Assembly (NCBI GenBank): GCA_017409875.1
Contig: JAFQRW010000006.1
Coordinates: 49,717 to 113,716 of the forward strand
Length of the DNA: 64,000 nucleotides
Source of the DNA: Clostridia bacterium
Lineage (GTDB): Bacteria > Bacillota > Clostridia > RGIG6154
Direction: 5' to 3'
Of the stretch, positions 18,667 through 30,600 are shown piece by piece (position 1 is the stretch's first letter; the number at the start of each line of letters is the position of its first letter). The notes under the pieces were generated by a model. The model made no database searches. It was given only the letters and a program-made list of their open reading frames with translations, and was not told the origin of the DNA. A program made the position numbers and the translations under genes.

Positions 18667-21600
18667 ATGAAGAAGTGTGTTAAATCACTTATAAGCATGA
18701 TTATTGCACTGACTATGCTTATGCCGACAGCACTGCCGGTTTTTGCAGATAATTCAGTGCCGGCAGACAGTTTATATGGCTTTGTGGATTTTCCTACAGG
18801 ATGGTCAAAAACTGCAATGGCTCATGCTGTTGAAAATGGTTTAATATATGGAAAAACAAGCGAACGTATATATCCTCATGATAATCTTACAAGAGCTGAA
18901 ATGGCGACAATTATAAACCGTGCGTTTGGTTCTACGGTAACCAAGGATATTTCAGCATTTGCAGATGTATCCCAGTCACAATGGTACTATAATGATATAA
19001 AGAAAGCTTATAATATGCAAACACTTTACGGTGACGCAGGTGGAACTATGCGCCCCGATGCTTTTATTATAAGAGAAGAGGCTATAGCTATTGTTGCAAG
19101 AGCTATGGTTTTAAGCGGATATGCGGCATCAAATCTTGACAAATTCAAAGACAAGGCTGATATTTCTGATTGGGCAATAGATCCGCTTGCTTCGATGGCT
19201 GCTTGTGGTTATGTAAACGGCGATGAAAAGTCTAATATGAATCCAAAGGCGTTTATAACAAGAGAAGAGTTTGCACAACTGCTTCACAACATTATTAAAC
19301 ATTATTATAACGAAGAAGACGGAATTACGACATTCAAAGGTAATGTTATGGTTAATAAGCCGTTTACTTCGTTGAGTAATTTAGTTATTAACGGTGACCT
19401 TATTTTGGGTGACGGTGTTGGAACAAGCACTATTGTTCTTAAAAATGTAAAAGTAACTGGTCGCATTCTTATAAGAGGTGCTACACATATTTCGTTCGAA
19501 AACAGTAACTTTGAAGGTGGCGTTACAGTTAAAAATGTTAATGATGTAGTGCATTTTGATCATTTTAGTGATGAAGTGCATTTTAATTACATGAAGGATC
19601 ACACAGAAGTTACATTTAAGAAAAAAACTACCGGTGGCGGCGGAACACCTCCTGCACCTACGCCAACAACTGCAAATTACACAGTTGAACATTATCAGGA
19701 AGCTTTAGACGGAAGTTTTGCAGTTTTTGAAACTGAAACTCTTTCTGGCACTGTTGGCTTAAGTGTAACAGCTGTTGCAAAAACATATGAAGGATTTAGC
19801 GAAGATACATTAAATCCGTCAAGAGTTGCAACCGGTACGGTTGCTACAGGTGGCACTTTAGTATTGAAGCTGTATTATACAAGAAACACATACACAGTAA
19901 CCTTTGATTTTGGTTCGGGCGCTACACTTACACCAGGTACACAAACAAGCAAAACAGATAAATACGGTGCAACTGTTGTTCTTCCGACAACCGGGTTTTC
20001 AAATGGTGCACTTAATTTTGGCGGATGGTATACACAGCCAAACGGTGTAGGAGAACAGATAACACAGATTGTAATCGGCACATCAAATACTACCATTTAC
20101 GCTTACTGGACATCACAAAACACATATAAAGTAGAGCACTATCAGGAAAATATTGATGGCAGCTATTCCATTGTTGATGCGGATACACAGATATTAGCTG
20201 CAGATGCGGGAACAAACGTTACAGCTGTTGCGAAAACATATACAGGTTTTTATGAAAACACTTCTCACGCACAAAGAGTGCCAAGCGGTATAGTTTTGGC
20301 TGACAACTCATTAGTGCTTAAGCTTTACTATCAGAGAAACACCTATACATTCACATTTAATGCTGCCGGCGGTTCTATTTCAGGCACACCAAAAACTGTT
20401 TACAAATTTGGTGAAACATTAGTGCTTCCAACACCTACAAAAGGAACAGACTCCTTTGGTGGATGGTGGACTTTGCCAAACGGAACCGGAACAAAAATTG
20501 AAAACACAAGCGTACTGGGAACAGATATTACATCTGCTGCCATTACAGTTTATGCACATTGGATACCTGCAGCACCTACTACTGGCACATTTACAGTAGA
20601 ACACTACCAGGAAGATTTTTACGGAAACTGGATGCTTTATGAAACTGATCTTGAACAGACAATAGCAATAGGAACAGTTTTAAAAGCTCAGGACTACAAA
20701 AACGAATATGCGGGATTTACAGTAGATTTGGCAAATAGTCCTAATGTTACAGTTGCAGCAGGAAACAATACACTTGCTATTTACTATACAAGAAATGAAT
20801 ACACAGTAACGTATAATTTCAACGATGGCGTACCTGCAACAGTTCATACTGTAACACTTAAGTATGGACAGCAGGTAGACCTTGCATATTTGCCGACAGT
20901 TACAGTGCCGGGTAAATTCTTTGCAGGTTGGTATAATGCGCCTGCAGGCGGAACACAGTACCCGTCACTTTGGGTTCCGGCGGAAAATATTACAATTTAT
21001 GCACAGTGGTCAGACAATCCGGGCTATGCTATTGAGTATTGGCTGGAAAATGCAGATGATGATGAATATACATGTGTAATCCGAGAAGTAAGAAATGATG
21101 TGACTGAAGGACAGACAGCGACAATTCCTGCAGAAATTTTTGAACATTTCACAGAAATCGTCCATCCACAAACCAACACCTCTGGTGTTGTTACAGCTAC
21201 TCCTCAGTTAACTCTCAAACGATTCTATAACAGAGCAAGATACACCATAACCTTTGATTATCAGGGTGCAGATGGTGGTGTTATAATACCTTCAAAAGAA
21301 TATAAGCACGAACAGACAATAGAGTTGCCATTTCCTACAAAAACAGGTTATATGTTAGAAGGCTGGTTTACAGGTATAAATGGCACAGGCGAAAAGATTT
21401 TTGACGGAAGCCAGATTACTTCAGGCAGAACACTTTATGCTTATTGGGTGCCGGCAGTAGTTGAATTTAAAGTTGAGCACTACAAACAAGAGCTTGACGG
21501 TACATATTCTGCTACTCCTTCGCAGACAGAAATAAAAGAGGATTATACAGGAATTGAAGTTGATGCCGTAGATCATAAATTAGACTTTACAGGCTTTATA

Positions 21601-24600
21601 TTTGACGGTTCAAGTCCATCAGTTATAGTTTCAGGTGATGGAAGTACAGCTCTTAAGATTTACTACATCAGAGAAACATACACAGTTTCATTCGATACAG
21701 GTCTTGGTACAGCAGTGTCACCTGTTGTATATAAGTACGGTCAGGCATTTACAGAACCTGGAACAACAAGACCGGGTTATGAAGTTGAAGGCTGGTATAC
21801 AACATCAACATTTGATGCAGCAACCAAGGTTTCAGCAGGCGATTTAGCCGGCACAGCATTTACTTCTGGTACTTTGTATGCAAACTGGGTAGCACTTCCT
21901 TCAGACTTTACAGTAAAACATCATAAGCAAAACATTGATGATGATTTATATACCGAAGCTGAAACAGAAACAAAATCTGCTTTGACAGATTCAACAGTCA
22001 GCGCTGATACTTATAAAAAACAGTATACTGGCTTTGCAGTTGACCTTTTAAGCAGTGTTGATAAAACAGTTTCAGCTGACGGAAGCACAGTTTTAAATAT
22101 TTACTATCTGAGAAATAAGCACAGCATCACATATAACTACGAAAACGATGTTACAGCACCTTTAGTAGTACCAGATGTTAAGTATGATGCACAGGTTAAT
22201 CTTGCAGAACCGGACACAAGCTTATGGCCTGCAGGTAAATATTTCACAGGCTGGTCACTGACTTTAGGCGGTGAAGCAATAGTAGCATATCCAATGCCTG
22301 ATGAAGACTTGAATCTCTATGCAGTATGGGGAAATAATCCTCCATATCAGTTGCAGTATTTATTTGAAAACGCTGATGATGCTGATTACACAGTAAATCC
22401 TGCATATTCAACTGCAAAAAATGATGTTGTAGAAGGTCAAAGTGCATCAATTCCTGAACTTTCAACAATTCCTACAGGATTTGAAGCATATCCCACACAT
22501 GGCGACACATTACTTTCAGGAACAGTTACTGAGACCCCTCAGTTAGTTCTTAAACGCTTCTACAAGAGATTAAGATTTACAGTAGAGCTTAACTACAACG
22601 GAGCAGACGGAAACAACACAGTTTTAACACAGGAATATAAGTACGAACAAACTGAAAACTTACCAGCACCTACAAAAACAGGTTACATTTTTGCAGGTTG
22701 GTTTACTGCACTCGATAATACAGGAATTTTAATTGCAGACGGAAGCAAGATTACTTCAGGCGGAACACTTTATGCAAAGTGGACACCTGATGTAGTAGAA
22801 TTTAAAGTTGAGCATTACAAACAGAATATTGACGGAACATATCCGGATTCTACAACTTTAACAGATACAAAGAATGAATACACAGAAACAATAGTAAAAC
22901 CGGAAGATTACGACATAGCTATCGAAGGCTTTACATTTGATGCTACAAGAAATAGCGGAATTGCAATAGCTGGAAATGGTACTACTGTTTTAAAGGTTTA
23001 CTATACAAGAAATGAATACACAGTTACATATAACTATGGTGAGGCCGGCGGAAGCAATACAGCTACACTTAAATATGAAGCAAATATCAGCCTTGCACCA
23101 CCTACAGCTACAGTAGCAGGCAAATATTTTGCAGGATGGTATGACGCACCAACAGGTGGCTTGCAAATCACAAGTCTTACAATGCCTGTAGGCGGAACTA
23201 CAATTTATGCATACTGGTCAGTAAATCCGTCATACACAGTAAAGCATTACAAACAAGCACTTGACGGAACATATCCTGAAGATGGTGCAGTAATTGAATA
23301 CATTCAGGCAGGACTTAATGAAACAGTTACTGCGACAGCAAAGACTTTCACAGGATTTAGTGAAGATACATCCAATCCGTCAAGAGTGCCAAACGGTACA
23401 AATGATGGCAATTTAACGCTTAAACTTTACTATACAAGAAATCAGTACACCCTTACATTTGAATATAATGGTGCAACCGGCAACAACACCACCCTTTCAC
23501 AAAGTTATAGGTTTGGTGAAACAATAGCTCTTCCAACACCTACAAAAGGTGAACAGTTTGCTTTTGGTGGTTGGTTTACAGGTCAAAACGGCACAGGTAC
23601 GCAGATTACCAATTTGAGTGTATTAGGAACAGATGTTACAAATAGTAACACAACCCTTTATGCAAAATGGATTCAGAAGTACGCATATACTGTAAAATAT
23701 TTAAAACAGAATGTTGACGGAGTAAGTTACACAGAGGTAGCAGCTGATACAAAGACATTTTACGGTTTTGACAATGAAGTTGTAAGCATTACAAATGATA
23801 AGACATACGAAGGTTTTGAATATGATACAGGCAGCATAACAAGCGGCGTAGTTTCATCTGTAACACCTTTGGTAATTGAACTTAAATTTGTAAGAAACAG
23901 CTATAATGTAAACTTTGATTTTGGTGGCGCAACAACATCGCTTCCTTCAAGTGCACCATATAAGTACGAAGAATTGGTAGTTCTTCCTACAACAGGCTTT
24001 ACAAACGGCGTAAAGACATTTGTTGGCTGGTTTGATGCTCAGACAGGCGGCAACAAGGTTACACAGATTACAGTGCCTTTGGGCGGAACAACTGTATATG
24101 CACGCTGGGCCGACACATATTTTACAGTTAAGCATTTAATTGAAAATATTGATGGTACTGATTATTCACAGCATGGTGCAAGTAGAACCGAATTTATAGC
24201 AGCAGGGGAGGCTGTAAAACCTGAAACCTATGCTATTTTAATTGACGGATTTGCATTTGACACCACAAGAAATGATGAAATTACAGTATCAGAAGACAAC
24301 ACGACTGTATTAAATGTTTACTATACAAGAAATGAATACACAGTTACATATAACTATAATGAAAGTGCAACACCTACAATAAAAACAGAAACGTTTAAGT
24401 ATCAGCAAAATGTTGACCTTTCAGCACCAATTATTACAGTTCCTAATAAGTTCTTTGCAGGATGGTATGACGCACCAACAGGTGGCTTGCAAATCACAAG
24501 TCTTACAATGCCTGTAGGCGGAACTACAATTTATGCACAGTGGTCAGACAATCCGGGTTATGCTATTGAATATTGGTTAGAAAATGCCGATAATGGCGAC

Positions 24601-27600
24601 TATACCCGTGAAGTGCGCGAAGTTAAAAATGATGTACAAGAGGGACAGACAGCGACAATTCCTACAAGGAATTTTGATTACTTTAATGAAATTACGCATC
24701 CGCAAACCACCATATCAGGTACAGTTTCTTCAACTGAGGAGCTTGTTCTTAAACGTTACTATCAAAGAATAAGGTTTAGTGTAGACCTTGAGTATAACGG
24801 TGCAACAGGCGGAAACACCACTCTATCACAGGATTATAAATACGAACAGACTGAAAACTTGCCGACACCTACAAAAACAGGTTATGAGTTTGCAGGTTGG
24901 TTTACTGCGCCTGATGATACAGGAGTTTTGATTGCAGACGGCAGTAAAATGCCTCTCGTTGATAGACTTTATGCAAAATGGACACCTGCGTTGGTAAAAA
25001 TTATTGTTGAACATTATAAACAAAAGGTAGAAACTGATGATTTTGATGCACCGATTGTTGATAATCAGCAAAAAGCATACACAGAAAGTACAGTTTCAAA
25101 TAAAATGACAACATATGATGGCTTTAGTGTTGACTTAAATGCAGCAGGAACAGTAAATTCAGCAACAGTTTTACCTGACGGAACTACAGTTCTTAAATAT
25201 TACTACACAAGGAACAAATACAATGTAATTTATGATTATAACAACAATGAACATCCGGGCACGCTTGTTCAAACCCTTAAGTTTGAAGCAAGTGTTGACC
25301 TTTCGGTTGAACCTACATTTACAGTGACCAATAAGTTCTTTGCAGGATGGTATAATGCAGCAACCGGCGGAACTCAGGTAACAAGCCTTACAGTTCCTGT
25401 AGGCGGCGCAACACTTTATGCAAAATGGGAAGACAACCCGGGATATGCTTATGAGTACTGGCTGGAAAACATTGAGGACAACAATTATACACGCGTTGAA
25501 AGAACAGTGTATAATGATAAAACTGTAGGTACATATGTAGGTCCTATTCCAACAAAAACTTATGATGGATTTGTTGAAAACGAGGCTAAGGCGGTACTTT
25601 ACGGTAATGTACTCCAAGATGGATCACTTGCTCTTAAGCGTTTCTATGACAGAAAACGATACACAGTAACATTTGACTACAGAGGAGCAACAGCAGGAAT
25701 TACGTCTAAAGAATATAAATATGGTCAATCTGCTGGTCTTCCGGCACCTTCAAGAGAATTCTATGACTTTAAAGGTTGGTTTACAGAGGTAAATGGTGGA
25801 GGAACAAAGGTTGAAAGCACCGATCTTGCCGGCGTGAAATTTGAATCAGGAACACTTTATGCGTTCTGGGAATTCAACTGGGACGGAGAAGTTAAATTTA
25901 CTGCAAATGTTACAGAGCAAGACTCTGATAATGACGAATTTTCTATAATAGTAGATGTATCAAACAACCCGGTAGGTATTGCAAAATATGACCTTTCACT
26001 TTCTTTTGACAATACAAATGTTGTTGCAATTTTACAAGACGGAAAGGTTGTAACAGACCTTAAAGCTGATGGAGGCTTTGGAGCAGATGTTGCATCCATT
26101 ACATCAAACGCAGATGGAATCACCACAAATGATGACGCAGCACTTTTAAATACAATTACTGTATCATGGGAAAATGCTACAAATAAATCAGGAAATGCAA
26201 ATCTGTTTAAGATAAGATTTAAGATTGTGGGAACAAAGGGAGACGAAGACCATGAAGCTCCGGCACTAATGCGCTTTAGAATGATGAGAGCGATTTCTTT
26301 AATCCCTGGTCTTGAAAGCTTGCCGTTTACATTGGAAGCAACCACAGTTGCAGTTAAATCTGATGAAACAGATAACAACAGCTACATCGAGCTTGAAAAA
26401 GAAACTGAAGGTGACAGCCTTTCACCTTATATGGTTGAGCATTATAAAGAAAATGCCGACAATGATGGTTATACAAAGGTATTCACTCAGTACGGACACG
26501 CAGTTTTAGGCAGTGTAGTTTGGGCTGATCTTAGAAATGCGTACTTAACTGACGGGTTTACACCTGATTATGTAAATTCGATAGACAAAGCAGTGGTGAC
26601 TGAAAGTGGTGCTGTCTTAAAGCTTTACTATTTAAGACCAAGATTTACCGTAACCTTTGATTATCAGAATGCTACAACTGTAGGAATTCCTTCAGTAAGC
26701 CTCAAAGCAGGTGCTTTGGTTTACAACAATCTTCCTTCAGAAAGCACTTTCAGTAAGACCGATTACAACTTCAGCGGTTGGTATACTGAGGCAAATGGTC
26801 AGGGAACAAAGGTTGATGCAAGTTACAAATCTCCTTTTGAAGATGTAACACTTTATGCATACTGGACACAGACACCTTATAAGGTTGAGCATTATCTGGA
26901 AGAATTAGACGGCAACTTTACATTTAAAGAAACAGAAGAAGCTCAGGCAAAAGCCGGAACTTTAGTTACAGCAACCGCTAAGAGCTATCTTGGTTTTGAT
27001 GCACCGGCTGTTATGCCAAGTGCAGTAGTTGCAGAGGACGGCTCAACAGTTATCAAAGTTAACTACACAAGAAAAACCTATACCATTAACTATAACTTTG
27101 GTGACGGATATGCAGACGGAAGTTATGAAATCGAGTTTAAATACGGACAGTCCATTGAACTTGCTAAAGGTAAAAACGATAACGGACTTGTTTTAGGCGG
27201 TTGGTATACTAAAGCAAACGGTCAGGGAATAAAGATAACTACTACTGCAGATATAGATGACATTTTAACAAATCTTGCAGGCGATACAATCACCCTTTAT
27301 GCAAACTGGGTTGAAGAGATTGCTAACTATACCATTGAATTCTATAAGCAGAGCATAGATGTTTCTAACTATTATCCTCAGGTTATGGCAGACACAATAA
27401 CTCTTCAAGGCGTGGTTGGAAGCTTTGTAGAAGTAGATCCAAACGACCCTGCAATTAAAAATAAGTATGTAGGATTTGAACTTAATGAAGCGATAAGTTT
27501 CTTAAAACTAAAACTTGAGGAAACAGGTACACGTTTAAGAGTTTACTATGACAGAAATGAATATACATTAACATTGAACTTCGGTGAAGGTGCAACAGTA

Positions 27601-30600
27601 GATGGTTCAATTAATAAAACACCAAGTGTTAAATATGAAGCAACATATACACTTCCACAGCCAGAGGACGGTTTTTCAAACGGCAACCTGATATTTGTTG
27701 GCTGGTTTGATGCACCTACAGGCGGCAACAAGGTTACAGAAGTAACAATGGGAGCTTCAGATACCGAGGTTTATGCACGCTGGGCAGAGGATGTTGGCGT
27801 TTACACTGTTGAATTCTATCAGCAGAATTTAGACGGCAGTGACTACACAATAGTGGCAACAGACACACAAACAGGACTTGCAGGCACTATTGGCAACACT
27901 GTAAGCGTTGATGCTACAACAGCAGAAATTAAGAATAAATACGAAGGATTTACAATCAACACTTCAATAAGTAAGCTTTCAGAAACTCTTACAAAAACAG
28001 GCACAGTACTTAAAGTTTACTATGACAGAAATGAATATACATTAATTTACAACTACAGTGAAGCTGACAAAACCGGCATTGCAAGTCAGACTTTCAAATA
28101 CGGTCAAACAATTACCTTCCCTGAAGAAAGTACATTTGAAAAGTCAGACTATAAGTTCGTAGGATGGTACACTACAACAAACTTTGCCGATGACGAGCTT
28201 TTGGATACAAGCTTTGCAATTGAAGATGTTGTAGACGTAGCAAATGGTGATACTGAAGCTACAATTTATGTTAAATGGTCTGAAGTATTTACAGTAACAT
28301 TCAGAGAAGGAGCTAAGATTGGAACTTACACAGTTGATCCTGAAGTAAGCAGTACGGTTCCATATTCAGCATTCCCGTATGATAAGCTTAAAGAGCGTTA
28401 TAAGAATGGTTACTTTGAAAATGCAAGCGTTTCATCAGTATATGCAGGAAACGAATATCAGCACACATTTGAAGGTGACTGGTACTACACAGATGAAAAC
28501 GGAAATGACGCATTATTCACAGATGAAACTGTTGTAGACCGTGACATAACAGTTAGATACAAATTCAGATATGTAAGATTGGAACTTTTTGTTGAAAAAT
28601 TAAGTCATAATCTTGTACTTGAAGTACCTTTTGAGGAAAGCACAAGAGTTATTGATTCCATCAAAGACGAATTGTTTGTAAATCAGGAAAAAATTCTTCT
28701 GTTGGCAGACGAAATTGATGCAAGACAAAAATTCCTGGCATTAAATCTTAAGCTTGTTGATTTCTTGGCGGATAAAGGTCTTGAGATTGATCCCGGTCAG
28801 ATTTTTGCTGACGACGGTGAAATCTTAAAGCAGCACATTAAGTTTAATGCATTTGCTTATTTGAACGAAGAAAGTCTTAAAACGGTTGTTGTTAACGCGA
28901 TAAGAACAACATTTAAAAACGATCCTTTAAGAATGCGCGGCGTTATTGACGAAATGATGACCGAACAAGACAAAGACGTTGTTGATCTTATGGATACAGT
29001 GCTGGTGTCTATGCTTTCAGGCGATGATGCTGAAAGGATTAAAGGAATTATTGCAGATGCTGTAGAAACTGCTGTTAAGTATGACGAAAATGATACTGAA
29101 GAGCAAAGAGCTGAAAAAGACGAGTTCAGACAGAGAATTAAAGGTATTATAGTAAGTCGTCTTGATACAGAAGCAGATCCTGAGTTTGAAGGACAAAAAG
29201 TTGTTACGGATAGTGTAAAAGAAGCTGTTTACAGCTATTTCATGGATGAAACCAATGATACAAATATCCGCAAAACTATTATAGACCTTATTAATGATGC
29301 TTACGAAGCAGATGAAGATGGCGAACCTGCAAATCCAGAAATAAGAGCTTTCGTTAAAGGCTATATTACAGACTACTTTAAGTCAGCAACAGGAAGTGCA
29401 GTATTTGACAATTTGATTTTAGAATTGGGCGAAACTCTTGATGCAGATAATCCTGACGATAAGCCTGTTATTGACCTTATTCACGATGTTCTTGCTAAAG
29501 ACGACAGAAATGAAAATGGACTTACTTATCTTGAGGAACTGGTTGACAGAGTAATCAGAGACCTTCATAATCTTGCTGAAGATGAAGAGAATACAGAGCT
29601 TTATGATTTCGTTGTTGATGCAATCACAGAAGAACTTATGAATGATGCCAGCGAACTTGAGACATTGATAAGAACAATTGGTGATGCAGAACCTGCAGAT
29701 TTGAAAGCAGTTTTAGCAACTGCTATGGAAGATGACGGTGTATTTGAAACTGTCGTAAAAACTGCAGTTTCAAATAGCAACGTATTTGCAGATGTTATCA
29801 ATGCATCGGTTTCAGACACAGATGTATTTGAAATTATGGTAAGACAGCTTTGTGAAACAGAAACAGATTTCTACAATATTCTTGTTGACATTGCACTTTC
29901 AAGCACAACTCTTACAAACGAAGTGAAAAATGCTGTTGTTAATAATGATGATGCACTTATCAGTGTACTTAAAGAAGTTTCAACAGATGATGCACTTAAG
30001 GCAGACATAGTTGATGAGATTTTAACTGCTGCAGATGCAGAACTTAAAGGCAAACTTACAAATCCGATTGATTCATCATCAGAATATTATGCTGATGTTA
30101 AAGCTCAGGCACTTATTCAGGCTAAAGCTGAAATTGTAGCTGGCGGAATAACAGAATCAAGTCCGCTTTGGGCTGATGCAGTTGCACAGGCAGAAACAGA
30201 AATCACTAACTTATTGGCAACAGGTATTGCAGAAGGCAGTGAGTATTGGAATGTTGCATACAATACTGCGAAATCAATCTTAAGACAAGAAATTGAAACA
30301 AACTTTGATTCAAAGCTTGATGAAATCAAAACTGATGCTAATCTTAAAGCACAGGTAAGAACCTGGGTACAAGGTGCAATCAACAAGCCGGAAGTAGAAA
30401 GTGCTATTAAAGATTTAACTAATAGCTTGGCAACAAGCACAGATGCTGATGATATTGCGCTTAAGGCATCAATTATTGAAACTGTAATTACAACCGTTAA
30501 AGGTGCAGGTTTTGACACAACAGGATTGGCATCAAGCATTACAACAGAACTTAACAAGGCTGAAAATTCAACTCTTAAAGAAAAAGTTGCAGCAAAAGCT

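Noticed and set aside
25880-26410. Cellulosome scaffoldin
   Set aside because: Single cohesin-like domain; no CBM3, dockerin or glycoside hydrolase recognised in the window
19670-28290. Repeats as CRISPR array or DGR template/variable region
   Set aside because: Repeats are in-frame protein domains, with no spacer structure, no adenine-specific mismatch pattern noticed and no reverse transcriptase or cas gene
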